36,166 nt of DNA from the NCBI GenBank assembly GCA_049290655.1, contig JBATOB010000040.1, positions 1 to 36,166 of the forward strand. The letters run 5' to 3'. A program made the translations under genes and the position numbers. The notes under the pieces were generated by a model. It saw only the letters and a list, made by a program, of their open reading frames with translations, was not told the origin of the DNA and did not search any database. Below, piece by piece: positions 10,201 through 19,185 of this stretch. Numbering within the stretch: position 1 is the stretch's first letter; every line of letters begins with the position of its first letter. The stretch is from Chromatiaceae bacterium (lineage in GTDB: Bacteria; Pseudomonadota; Gammaproteobacteria; Chromatiales; Chromatiaceae).

Positions 10201-10893
10201 TCAGCCGCCGACGCTGGCGAGGGCCGCGCGCATCTGGCGGAGAATGGTGTCATAGCGATGCGGGTCCTCGGCCTTGCCATGGCCGAAGAGGCCGGAGCCA
10301 GAGACGAAGGTATCGGCCCCGGCGGCCTTGATCTCGGCGATGTTGTCGGCCTTGACGCCGCCGTCGATTTCCAGGCGGATGTCATAGCCGGAGGCATCGA
10401 TCCTATGGCGCGCTTGGCGCAGCTTATCCAGGGTGGCGGGGATGAAGCTCTGGCCGCCAAAGCCGGGGTTGACCGACATGAGGAGAATCATGTCCACCTT
10501 GTCCATCACATAGTCCAGATAACTCAAGGGCGTGGCGGGATTGAACACTAGGCCAGCCTTGCAGCCCTCGTTGTGGATGAGCTGGAGGGTGCGGTCAATA
10601 TGCTCGCTGGCCCCCGGGTGGAAGGTGATGTAGGTAGCTCCGGCCTTGGCGAAGTCCGGGACGATGCGATCCACCGGCTTGACCATGAGGTGCACGTCGA
10701 TGGGCGCGGTGACTCCATGCTTGCGCAGGGCCTCGCACACCAGGGGGCCGATGGTCAGGTTAGGGACATAGTGGTTGTCCATGACATCGAAATGGACGAT
10801 GTCGGCGCCAGCGGCCAGCACATTATCGACTTCCTCGCCCAGCTTGGCGAAGTCGGCGGACAGGATGGAGGGGGCGATGAAATCAGCGGCCAT
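10201..10893 (-). CDS. rpe: Ribulose-phosphate 3-epimerase
   Basis: 230-aa ORF with [29 protein letters not shown] and [14 protein letters not shown], all typical Rpe motifs. Confidence 0.92.
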   Translation of the reverse strand: MAADFIAPSILSADFAKLGEEVDNVLAAGADIVHFDVMDNHYVPNLTIGPLVCEALRKHGVTAPIDVHLMVKPVDRIVPDFAKAGATYITFHPGASEHIDRTLQLIHNEGCKAGLVFNPATPLSYLDYVMDKVDMILLMSVNPGFGGQSFIPATLDKLRQARHRIDASGYDIRLEIDGGVKADNIAEIKAAGADTFVSGSGLFGHGKAEDPHRYDTILRQMRAALASVGG

Positions 10894-11063
10894 GGCAGTG
10901 TCTCTCCTCTTGTGCCGGAATGGCCGGTCAAGGCCCCCGGATCGGTTGTTTTGAAAGGGGGCACTCTACCCTAAGCCGGGAGGATTTTCACCCGGGCCAA
11001 GCCGGGTAAGTCACTAAATCAGGGCATCGCCCATCGCCAAATCCACCACCAACTCCCCTCGCC

Positions 11064-11876
11064 TCAAACCTTCCGCGCCGCGGAGATCGTTTCATAGGCC
11101 TGACGAATCTCGTGGGTCTTCTGGGTGGCGAGCTTCATCATTTCTTCCGGCAGGCCCTTGGAGACGAGCTTGTCGGGGTGGTGCTGACTCATGAGGCGGC
11201 GGTAGGCGCGCTTGACCTCGGCGTCACTGGCCTGGGGGGACAGGCCCAGCAGTTCATAGGCCTGCTCCAGGGTAGGGCCCCGCGGCTCGGCGGGCCGCCC
11301 GCCGGCACCCGCCCCGCCACCGGCGAACCCCCATTGCATGCCCGCCAGTTGTTCCATGCGGCGAAATAGAAACTCAGGGACGCCCAGTTGCTCGCGGATG
11401 TGGCCCAGGATGCGCTGCTCGGCGGGGGCGGGGACGCCGTCGGCATAGGCAGCCTGGATCTGGATCTCCAGGAACATCCGCAAGAGAGTAACGCGACGGT
11501 GGCACTCGCGCCGGAACTGGGTCAGCACCCCGTCCAGGTCGAAGTCGTCGGCCTTGCCTCTATTGAATAACTGGATAGCGGTGGCGCGCAGGTCCGCCGA
11601 CAAGTCCATGCGCTGCATGACCGCCTCCGCCAGGGCAATCTCCCGCGGCGAGACCCGGCCATCGGCCTTGGCCATGTGGCCCAGGACAGAGAAGGTGGCG
11701 GTAAAGAAGGCGGTCTGCACCCGCTCCCGATCGCCGGGGTCCAGTTCCTCCGTGCCTTGGAGTGACGCCAGGCCCTTGTCGAGCTTGTGCCCGAGGACAC
11801 CTCCCAGCAGGGCGCCCAAGGGTCCCCCCAGCACGAAGCCCAGGGCCCCGCCAACCACCTTGCCCCACCACGCCAT
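11064..11876 (-). CDS. djlA: DjlA-type membrane co-chaperone (N-terminal TM, TerB-like domain, C-terminal J domain)
   Basis: 270-aa ORF. Gly-rich N-terminal TM segment and a C-terminal J domain with HPD (YRRLMSQHHPDKL). Confidence 0.85.
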   Translation of the reverse strand: MAWWGKVVGGALGFVLGGPLGALLGGVLGHKLDKGLASLQGTEELDPGDRERVQTAFFTATFSVLGHMAKADGRVSPREIALAEAVMQRMDLSADLRATAIQLFNRGKADDFDLDGVLTQFRRECHRRVTLLRMFLEIQIQAAYADGVPAPAEQRILGHIREQLGVPEFLFRRMEQLAGMQWGFAGGGAGAGGRPAEPRGPTLEQAYELLGLSPQASDAEVKRAYRRLMSQHHPDKLVSKGLPEEMMKLATQKTHEIRQAYETISAARKV

Positions 11877-12072
11877 GCCGATTTACCCCGCTTTTGGTCT
11901 ATTAGCCGCGTCGTGAGGCTTAGTGGCTAAAAGAGTAAACCCATTAGGGTCGAAAGGCCACGAACACCACGCTGGCCCCTCGCCGATCAGGATGGCAGCC
12001 GGGGGGAGGCGCCGCCAGCCTGCCCCCGGTTGCGACAGGATGAGGGGCGGCCATCGCCTTCCTGGCCATCCT

Positions 12073-12097
12073 GAAAATGTTATACCCTAATATACAC
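12073..12097. promoter_or_regulatory. Candidate Zur box (strong half-site only), possibly overlapping the znuA promoter
   Basis: GAAAATGTTATACCCTAATATACA. The left half AAATGTTATA equals the left half of the enterobacterial Zur consensus GAAATGTTATAATATAACATTTC as I remember it. The right half is degenerate. Confidence 0.3.
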
Positions 12098-12131
12098 ACA
12101 GAGCCCGTCAATCTTCGGCATACAATTAGGA

Positions 12132-12230
12132 GGGCGGGTGACGGCGGTTGGGGGTGTCGACAGCAGGGATGCTGTCGTCAAGCCTACCGGGAGGTATTCA
12201 CGGCGTCCCCCAACCACCCCCACCCGACCC
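12132..12230 (+). promoter_or_regulatory. Candidate structured 5' leader RNA element of znuABC (closed three-way junction, two GGGA tetraloops)
   Basis: Hand-folded.
- Outer helix: GGGCGGGTG (12132-12140) with CACCCG(A)CCC (12221-12230).
- Second helix: GGTTGGGGG (12146-12154) with CCCCCAACC (12207-12215).
- Hairpin 1: CGACAGCA-GGGA-TGCTGTCG (12158-12177).
- Hairpin 2: GCC/TACC-GGGA-GGTA/GGC (12182-12204).
The loops are GNRA only on the + strand. Confidence 0.35.
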
Positions 12231-12327
12231 TGAAAACCGAAAACGCAGGTGTGTTCGGTATTTCTGCTAAGCCGAAATATCACCCCGGTCGGCGGGCTTT
12301 CATCCATGACCGCAAGAGCCTTTGTCC

Positions 12328-13209
12328 ATGCGCTACCCCCTGATGTGGCTCACCCTCCTTTGGCCCCTGGCAAATCTGGCCGCCCCCTTGGAGGTGTTCG
12401 TCAGCGTCTTGCCCCAGGAAACCTTCGTGGCCAGGGTGGGGGGGGAACATGTCAAGGTGGGCGCCCTCACGCGGCCCGGTCAAAACCACGAGACCTTCGA
12501 GCCCACGCCCCAACAGGTAGCGGACATCGCCCGTGCCGATCTCTTCATTGGCATCGGCATGCCCTTCGAGCAGGCCTGGATGCCGCGTCTGCGGGCGGCC
12601 AATCCCCACATGCGGGTCCTGGATGCCCGGATAGGCATTGACCTCCTGCCCCTGGATCACCATGGCCATGATGAGGATCCGGGTCATGCCGGCCAGGTCC
12701 CCACGGCGGAGGAGGCCGGGGATCCCCACCTCTGGACCAGCCCGCTACTGGCGGCGCGGATGTCGGCCAGCATTCGCGATACCCTGACCGAACTCGACCC
12801 GGCCCATGCCGAGGACTATGGCCGTAACCAGGCCCAGTTCGCCGCCGAACTGACGGCCCTGGACCAGGAAATCCGCCTTCAACTCCAGGATTTGTCCAGT
12901 CGCAAATTCCTGGTCTTCCACCCCGCATGGGGTTACTTTGCCCAGGCCTATGACCTGACACAGGTGCCGATCGAGCAGGGGGGCAAGGAGCCAGGGGCAC
13001 GAACCCTGGTGACCTTAATCGAGCAAGCCAAGCGCGACCAGATCCGCGTCGTCTTCATCCAGCCCCAGTCCGACCCACGCTTCGCCGAGCAGATAGCCCG
13101 CGCCATTGGCGGCCGGGTCATCGCCATCGACCCCCTGGCCCCGGACTATGTGGCCAACCTGCGGGAGGTGGCGCGCCAAATCGCCGCCGCCGGCACCGCC
13201 AACCCATGA
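12328..13209 (+). CDS. znuA: Periplasmic zinc-binding protein of a ZnuABC-type (cluster A-I) ABC importer
   Basis: Track ORF 12322..13209 starts at TTG. I prefer ATG 12328 (MRYPLMWLTLLWPLANLAAP, a signal peptide). His/Asp-rich loop DHHGHDEDPGH and motif DPHLW, both typical of ZnuA. Confidence 0.8.
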   Translation: MRYPLMWLTLLWPLANLAAPLEVFVSVLPQETFVARVGGEHVKVGALTRPGQNHETFEPTPQQVADIARADLFIGIGMPFEQAWMPRLRAANPHMRVLDARIGIDLLPLDHHGHDEDPGHAGQVPTAEEAGDPHLWTSPLLAARMSASIRDTLTELDPAHAEDYGRNQAQFAAELTALDQEIRLQLQDLSSRKFLVFHPAWGYFAQAYDLTQVPIEQGGKEPGARTLVTLIEQAKRDQIRVVFIQPQSDPRFAEQIARAIGGRVIAIDPLAPDYVANLREVARQIAAAGTANP

Positions 13210-13985
13210 GCTCCCGGACCCCTGTCATCGAGGTGCGAGACCTCGGCTTTTCCTACGGCGCCGCCCAAGTGCTGGAGGGCGTCAGTCTGAGCGTGGAACC
13301 GGGGGAGTTCATCGGCATCGTCGGCCACAACGCCGGCGGCAAGAGCACCCTGCTGCGGCTCATCCTCGGGCTGCTCACCCCCCAATCCGGCCAGATCAAG
13401 GTCCTCGGCCGCCCTCCCCGCGAAGCCAGCCGGCAGCTTGGCTATGTGCCTCAATACCCCAGCTTTCCACGCGATTTCCCGATTACGGTGGAGCAGGCCG
13501 TGCTGCTGGCGCGCATCGGTGGCCCGGGTGGGGGGCGGTTCTCCCAACTCTGGCCTGGCGGCTACGGTCGGGCCGATCGCGAGATTGCCCTCCGCTCCCT
13601 GGCCGAGGTGGAGGCCCTGGACCTGGCCCGCCGTCGCATCGGCAGCCTCTCCGGGGGTCAATTGCAGCGTGTCCTGCTTGCCCGCGCCCTGGCCTGCGCG
13701 CCCCGCATCCTCCTTCTGGACGAACCCACGGCCAACATCGACCAGCGCCTGGAGGGCGACATCTTCGACCTGCTGCGGCAACTCAACGCCCGCCTGACCA
13801 TCCTGGTCGTCTCCCACGACATCGGCTTCATCTCCAGCTATGTCACCCGCGTCGCCTGCGTTAACCGGACCCTGGTCTGCCACCACACCGACGCCATCGA
13901 CGGCCCCATCATTCAACAGCTCTACGGGGAAACGGTGCGCATGGTGGCCCATCGCCACCCGCCCCAGGGAGCGGATCATGCGTGA
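13206..13985 (+). CDS. znuC: Zinc ABC importer ATP-binding protein
   Basis: 259-aa ORF. Walker A GHNAGGKST, signature LSGGQLQRV, Walker B LLLDEP. ATGA overlap with the znuA stop. Confidence 0.85.
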   Translation: MSSRTPVIEVRDLGFSYGAAQVLEGVSLSVEPGEFIGIVGHNAGGKSTLLRLILGLLTPQSGQIKVLGRPPREASRQLGYVPQYPSFPRDFPITVEQAVLLARIGGPGGGRFSQLWPGGYGRADREIALRSLAEVEALDLARRRIGSLSGGQLQRVLLARALACAPRILLLDEPTANIDQRLEGDIFDLLRQLNARLTILVVSHDIGFISSYVTRVACVNRTLVCHHTDAIDGPIIQQLYGETVRMVAHRHPPQGADHA

Positions 13986-14862
13986 ATTTCTCGAAGCCCT
14001 CGCCAGCCAGGGTTTTCTCCAGTCCGCCCTTGCCGCCGGCCTGCTGGCCAGCATCGGCTGCGGCCTGATGGGGCCCTACGTAGTCGTCAAGCGCATCGCC
14101 TTCATCGCCGGGGGCATTGCCCACTCGGTGTTGAGCGGCATGGGGGCCGCCCTCTATTTCGGCTTTTCCCCCTTGGCGGGGGCCCTGAGCGCGGCGGTGC
14201 TGGCGGCGTTGCTGATCGGCTGGGTGCGGCTGCGCTGGCGGGCCGAGGAGGACACCCTGATCGGCGCCCTTTGGGCCATCGGCATGGCGGTGGGCCTGCT
14301 GTTTATCGCCAAGACGCCGGGCTATCAGACCGATCTGATGAGCTACCTCTTCGGCAATATCCTGCTGGTGCCGACGGAGAGTCTCTGGTTCATGGCCGCC
14401 CTGGACGGCCTGCTGCTGCTGCTGGTGCTGGCCTACCATCGCCAATTCCTGGCCGTGGCCTTCGACGAGGAATTCGCCCGCCTGCGCGGCATCCCAGTGA
14501 CCTTCTTCTACCTGCTGCTGCTGGTGATGGTGGCGGTGACCGTGGTGCTGCTGATCCAGGTCGTCGGCCTCATCCTGGTCCTGGCCCTCCTGACCCTGCC
14601 CGCCGCCATCGCCGGGCACTATGTCCACTCCCTGGGGCTCATGATGCTGATCGCTACCCTGATCGGCGGCGCCCTCAACCTGGCTGGCCTGGCCCTCTCC
14701 TACGGTCCCGACCTGCCAGCAGGTCCGACCATCATCCTGGTGGCCGGCGGCCTCTACGTCACCTCGGCTTTGCTGTCCCGGCTGCTGGCTAAGCGCCGGG
14801 CCCAACACGCCGCCAGCGGGGACAAGCTGGGAAGAAGCCCCAACCTGGACCCTAGTCCTTGA
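13978..14862 (+). CDS. znuB: Zinc ABC importer permease (ABC-3 family)
   Basis: Track ORF 13840..14862 trimmed to ATG 13978 (MREFLEALASQGFLQSALAAGLLASIGCGLMGPYVVVKR). Overlaps the znuC stop by 8 nt (ATGCGTGA). Polytopic and hydrophobic. Confidence 0.85.
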   Translation: MREFLEALASQGFLQSALAAGLLASIGCGLMGPYVVVKRIAFIAGGIAHSVLSGMGAALYFGFSPLAGALSAAVLAALLIGWVRLRWRAEEDTLIGALWAIGMAVGLLFIAKTPGYQTDLMSYLFGNILLVPTESLWFMAALDGLLLLLVLAYHRQFLAVAFDEEFARLRGIPVTFFYLLLLVMVAVTVVLLIQVVGLILVLALLTLPAAIAGHYVHSLGLMMLIATLIGGALNLAGLALSYGPDLPAGPTIILVAGGLYVTSALLSRLLAKRRAQHAASGDKLGRSPNLDPSP

Positions 14863-14900
14863 ACGGGTCTGGATCGGGATAGGTTAAAGCCGGCATCCGT

Positions 14901-15437
14901 CTAATCCGGTGCGCGCAGGATCAAGGTTCCGTCTCGTTGAATCAGTTCGAACCGTTTGAGATAACTCATGCCCAGCAAGACCTGGTCACCGGGCATGTTT
15001 GGCAGGACCGAGGCTCGCACCCGCCGAGCCGCCAATCCACCCAGATCGACCTCGTCAAGCAGGGCGGCCCAGGTCTGGACATCACCATTGGCGGTACGGG
15101 AAATGCGCCCCGCCCCCAGGCGCAAATCCAGGCTTTTCGCCAAATCGAGCGGCAAGGCCACATCCGTTGCTCCCGTATCGATCATAAAGATGACCGGCTC
15201 GCCATTGATTCGCCCTGGGGCGACGTAGTGCCCGGCGCGATTGCGCGCCAGCACCACCTGGGGGTGCCCCACCACATCCAGGCTGATCGCGAGGTCCCGG
15301 TTAGGATTTTCCACCTCACCCAAGAGGCGCTGAAAAACCATGACCAGTAGGGCGAGGCCAACGATCCAGGCGGCGAACAGCATGGCACGGCCGAGGCGGG
15401 AGGGGGTATCCTCGACGCTGGGTCTATCCTCGGTCAT
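14901..15437 (-). CDS. Membrane-anchored retropepsin-like (clan AA) aspartic protease, TIGR02281-like
   Basis: 178-aa ORF. One N-terminal TM helix (AMLFAAWIVGLALLVMVF), then a retropepsin fold signature FMIDTGATDVALP and LLGMSYL. Confidence 0.7.
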   Translation of the reverse strand: MTEDRPSVEDTPSRLGRAMLFAAWIVGLALLVMVFQRLLGEVENPNRDLAISLDVVGHPQVVLARNRAGHYVAPGRINGEPVIFMIDTGATDVALPLDLAKSLDLRLGAGRISRTANGDVQTWAALLDEVDLGGLAARRVRASVLPNMPGDQVLLGMSYLKRFELIQRDGTLILRAPD

Positions 15438-15608
15438 AGCAATAAGATGGCGGACAATAGATCCCGTGAGATTGGGAGTGACCTGGGTTGAGATGTGTTA
15501 TAGGTGGAGGTTCCAGGGCGCGGTCTCAACGGGCAACCCCTCCGCGGCCGCTCACTGGCCGCGACCCGGGGTGAGACGCAGGCTCGGGGGCCTGATAGGA
15601 TTCAGCCC

Positions 15609-16364
15609 ATGCAGCCCACGGACATCCTTCACCGCATCCCATGGCGCGACCCCGTCCGATGGCATCGGCTCCTGGATCGGGCCGTGGCACGGCTACTGCC
15701 GCCGACCTGCGTCCTCTGCGGGGCCCCCGGTACCTTCGGGCTGGACCTCTGCGTAGGCTGCCTGGCGGACTTGCCACACAATCACCACGCCTGTTCTCGC
15801 TGCGCCCACCCCTTGCCGTGGGACCCACAAGCCACCGGGGTTTGTGGTGCTTGCCAACGCCAGCCGCCACCCCAGGACGCTAGCCATATCCCCTTTCTGT
15901 ACCAGGACGCCATGCCATCCCTGGTGGTCGGGGCCAAATTTCACGGCCGGCTCAACCTGGCACGCTTGCTGGGGCTCTGCCTGGCACGCTCACTGCGTCA
16001 GGAGGGCGTAACCCGGCCGGACATCATCATTCCAGTACCCCTCCACCCCCAACGGATGCGCGAGCGTGGCTATAACCAAGCCCTAGAGATAGCCCGCTCC
16101 CTGTCCCGGGAGTTGGCCATCCCGGTGGACCCTAGTATCTGCGTGCGGCTGCGGGACACCACTCCCCAGGTCGGCCTAGAGAGGGAGGAGAGACGGCGCA
16201 ATGTGCGTGGCGCCTTTGGCGTCATTCGATCCGTCGCCAGCAGACATGTAGCCATTCTGGACGACGTGGTCACGACCGGCGGCACCGCCGGCGAGGTAGC
16301 CAGGGTGTTACGTCAGGCCGGCACCGCGCGGATCGACCTCTGGGCGGTGGCGCGAACACCCTGA
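15609..16364 (+). CDS. comF: ComF-family phosphoribosyltransferase-domain protein
   Basis: Track ORF 15504..16364 trimmed to ATG 15609 (MQPTDILHRIPW). N-terminal Cys pairs (CVLCG, CVGC, CSRC, CGAC). C-terminal PRT motif VAILDDVVTTGGT. Confidence 0.8.
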   Translation: MQPTDILHRIPWRDPVRWHRLLDRAVARLLPPTCVLCGAPGTFGLDLCVGCLADLPHNHHACSRCAHPLPWDPQATGVCGACQRQPPPQDASHIPFLYQDAMPSLVVGAKFHGRLNLARLLGLCLARSLRQEGVTRPDIIIPVPLHPQRMRERGYNQALEIARSLSRELAIPVDPSICVRLRDTTPQVGLEREERRRNVRGAFGVIRSVASRHVAILDDVVTTGGTAGEVARVLRQAGTARIDLWAVARTP

Positions 16365-16411
16365 CGCCCCACTTGGCCTCGTTTATACTGATCCGACTGA
16401 TTCCCCAGTCA

Positions 16412-17362
16412 TTAGCCGGGAGGCCAGCGGCCTGGCAGCCCCAGATAGTCGCGGGCAGCCCTGGCATCCAACTCGATCCGCGCCCGCAACTCGTCAAAGG
16501 AGGCGAATTCCCGTTCATCCCGCAACTTGAGGCGAAACTCCACCTCGGCATGACGCCCATAGAGATCGCCCGCGAAATCGAACAGATGAACCTCCAGCAG
16601 ATACCGTGGCTCCTCGCCCAGGGTCGGGCGCAGACCGATGTTGGCCACGCCCGGCCAGGGGCGATCCAGGAGCCCCTCGACCATCACGGCATAGACCCCG
16701 TGCAAGGGGCTGACCCGGCGATGCAGGTTGATATTGATGGTGGGGAACCCGATGGAACGTCCGCGCTTATTACCGTGGGCGACGCGACCGCAAATGCGAT
16801 AGGGCCGCCCCAACAGGTGGCGGGCCAGATCCAGTTCGCCCCGAGCCAGGGTTTCACGGATTCGCGTACTGCTCACCCGCTCGGCGCCATGGGTGATGGT
16901 GTGCAGGTCCTCGACCACAAAGCCATGTTCGGCCCCCAAGGTGCGCAGCAGGGCAAAATCCCCCTTGCGCCCACGACCGAAGCGGAAGTCGTCGCCGACC
17001 AAAAGATGGCGTGCCGCCAGGCCGTCCACCAGCAGTTCCTCAACGAAGGTCCGCGCCTCTAGGTGTGCCAGTTTGCAGCCAAACTCCAGCAGGACCACCT
17101 TTTCGATGCCGCAAGTCTTCAGGGCCGCCAGTTTTTCCCGGAGGCGGGTGAGCCGGGCCGGTGCCGCCTCCGGGGCGAAAAACTCCATGGCCTGGGGCTC
17201 GAAGGTGATGACGGTCGCCGGTAGCCCCAGCTCCCGGCCCTTGGCGAGCAACCGCTGGAAGACGGCGCGATGCCCAAGGTGTACACCATCGAAATTGCCT
17301 ATGGTGGCCACGCAACCTCGGTGCACAGGTCGGAGATTGTGGAGACCGCGAATGACTCGCAT
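16412..17362 (-). CDS. ribF: Bifunctional riboflavin kinase / FMN adenylyltransferase
   Basis: 316-aa ORF with IGNFDGVHLGHRAV near the N-terminus and a riboflavin-kinase C-terminal half. Confidence 0.9.
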   Translation of the reverse strand: MRVIRGLHNLRPVHRGCVATIGNFDGVHLGHRAVFQRLLAKGRELGLPATVITFEPQAMEFFAPEAAPARLTRLREKLAALKTCGIEKVVLLEFGCKLAHLEARTFVEELLVDGLAARHLLVGDDFRFGRGRKGDFALLRTLGAEHGFVVEDLHTITHGAERVSSTRIRETLARGELDLARHLLGRPYRICGRVAHGNKRGRSIGFPTININLHRRVSPLHGVYAVMVEGLLDRPWPGVANIGLRPTLGEEPRYLLEVHLFDFAGDLYGRHAEVEFRLKLRDEREFASFDELRARIELDARAARDYLGLPGRWPPG

Positions 17363-17443
17363 GGGGATCTGGGTCCGTCTGATATCTATAAATTCAAGGG
17401 GTAAGTATTAAGCGTAAAAATCAAGCCGTAATACTCCTGGATC

Positions 17444-17466
17444 GCAACCGGTACCGAGCCGGTTGC
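17444..17466 (-). terminator. Hairpin GCAACCGG-7nt-CCGGTTGC downstream of murJ; weak terminator candidate
   Basis: 8-bp perfect stem 90 nt after the murJ stop. No immediately adjacent U-tract on the minus strand, so support is weak. Confidence 0.2.
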
Positions 17467-17555
17467 AACGAGCTGTCATCGGTAACACCCGAGTAGCGAG
17501 GCTCCAGGGACGGATTATAGCCCGGGCGGTGGGATTATCTGGCAGGATCCCAACA

Positions 17556-19142
17556 TCAGTGGACCCCTGCTGGAGGCTGTTCCGGTTGTTTGCCCGCCGC
17601 TTCACCAAAATCCCGTGGCCGCACACCCAGGGCCAGCAGGGCCAAAAAATACCCAGCCCCACCCAGGAGCATCCAGAAAAAGAGCCTCGCCAGCCGCTCG
17701 CCCCCGGTGGCGGCCAGCCAGTCGTCCAGCCCCACCAGGCTCCAGGACAGTAGAGCGCCCAGCACCAGGGCCGCCACCAGCCCCCGCGCCAGGAGCTTTC
17801 CCCAGCCTCTGGCGGGCCGGTAGGCCCCCGGTCTCATCAGGCCCCCTAGCAGGAGGCCAGCGTTGACGAAGGCGGCCAAGCTGGTGGCCAACGCCAGACC
17901 GGCATGGCCGAATGGCCCCATCCAGGCAAGGCTCAGGACCAGGTTGAACCCCAGCGCTAATAGGGCATGGCGCGCGGGGGTGCGCGCGTCCTGATGGGCG
18001 TAATAGCCGGGTGCCAGGACCTTGATCGCGATGAAGGCCGGCAAGCCGGCGGCATAGGCCATGAGGCTGAGGGCGGCCATATGGGCATCCCCGGCGCTGA
18101 ATTCAGCCGACAGGAAGAGGGTCGCCACCAGAGGCTCCGCCAGCCCCACCAGCCCCACCGCCGCCGGCAGTCCCAGCAACCACACCCAGCGCAGGGCCCA
18201 ATCCAGGGTCCGGGAGAAGGCCTCCGGTGAGACCCCGCCCGCCGACAAGGTCGGGCCCTGGCGAGCTAATCGGGGCAGGATGACAGTCCCCAGGGCCGCG
18301 CCTAGGATCCCGAGCGGGAATTCCACCAGCCGGTCCGAGTAATAGAGCCAGGAGATGCTGCCGGCGGTCAGGAAGGAGGCCAGGAAGGTATCCAGGAGCA
18401 GGTTGATCTGGGTCACGGAGACGCCCAACAGTACGGGCCCCATGCGGTGCAGGACCTTGCGGGTGCCGGGATGACGCCAATCGAGACTGGGACGCAACAG
18501 CAGGCCGAGCCGGGCGAGGAAGGGGAGCTGAAAGGCGAGTTGAGCCAGACCCCCGATCAGGACGCCCCAGCCCAAGGCCAGGATGGGCTCCTCCAGTCGC
18601 GGCGCCAGCCAGAAGGCGCAGCCGATGATGGCAAGATTGAGCAACACCGGGGTGAAGGCGGGGATACCGAAGTGCTCATGCAGATTGAGCGCGGCGCCCG
18701 CCAGTGCCGCCAGGACGATGAAGAACACATAGGGCAGCGTCAACCGCAGCAGTTCCGCGGCCAGGGCCTGTTGGTGGGCCTCGGCGGCGAAGCCGGGCGC
18801 GAGGGCCAGGATCAGCCAGGAGGCGGCCAGGGTGCCGATCAGGGTCAGGAGCAGGAGGCCGGCGCCCAGGACGCCGCTCAGGCTAGCGAGCAGACGGTGC
18901 AAGCCGGCGGGCCCGCCCTCGCGGCCGGTCTCGTGGAGCACGGGCACCAGGACGCTGGCGAAGGCGCCCTCGGCGAAGAGGCGGCGGAATAAATTCGGGA
19001 TCTTGAAGGCGACGAAAAAGGCATCCGTGCCCGCGTCCGCCCCGAAGAGGCGCGCCAGCACCAGGTCACGGACAAAGCCGAGGAGGCGCGACAGTAGCGT
19101 ATTGCCGCCGACCTGGGTCAGGGAGGCGGACAGGGAGGCCAT
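17556..19142 (-). CDS. murJ: Lipid II flippase MurJ
   Basis: 528-aa polytopic ORF with the hallmark N-terminus LLSRLLGFVRDLVLARLFGA..TDAFFVAFKIPNLFRRLFAEGAF. murJ-ribF synteny. Confidence 0.9.
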   Translation of the reverse strand: MASLSASLTQVGGNTLLSRLLGFVRDLVLARLFGADAGTDAFFVAFKIPNLFRRLFAEGAFASVLVPVLHETGREGGPAGLHRLLASLSGVLGAGLLLLTLIGTLAASWLILALAPGFAAEAHQQALAAELLRLTLPYVFFIVLAALAGAALNLHEHFGIPAFTPVLLNLAIIGCAFWLAPRLEEPILALGWGVLIGGLAQLAFQLPFLARLGLLLRPSLDWRHPGTRKVLHRMGPVLLGVSVTQINLLLDTFLASFLTAGSISWLYYSDRLVEFPLGILGAALGTVILPRLARQGPTLSAGGVSPEAFSRTLDWALRWVWLLGLPAAVGLVGLAEPLVATLFLSAEFSAGDAHMAALSLMAYAAGLPAFIAIKVLAPGYYAHQDARTPARHALLALGFNLVLSLAWMGPFGHAGLALATSLAAFVNAGLLLGGLMRPGAYRPARGWGKLLARGLVAALVLGALLSWSLVGLDDWLAATGGERLARLFFWMLLGGAGYFLALLALGVRPRDFGEAAGKQPEQPPAGVH

Positions 19143-19185
19143 GGGGTTGCCGGGATATCGCGATCAGGCCGTCGGGTGAGGACGG

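Noticed and set aside
9463-10551. 362-aa plus-strand ORF
   Set aside because: Antisense to gph and rpe, crossing their intergenic gap. No motifs. A high-GC artefact.
12132-12230. Possibility that the znuA leader element is a known riboswitch (cobalamin, guanidine-I/II, NiCo, Mn, fluoride, c-di-GMP)
   Set aside because: I could not find the conserved cores I remember for these classes, for example the B12 box, ACGR loops or the GGUCCGAGAG segment of ykkC. It is left as an unclassified candidate, pending an Rfam scan.
12077-12729. ORFs 12077..12343 (+), 12249..12641 (+) and 12280..12729 (-) in or around the znuA leader
   Set aside because: No SD or start context, implausible composition, and overlap with the znuA frame. 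The region is better explained as non-coding, structured DNA/RNA.
13146-14808. Minus-strand ORFs 13146..14054 and 13909..14808 (about 300 aa each)
   Set aside because: Antisense to znuC and znuB. The Q/G/H/D-rich, low-complexity translations are artefacts.
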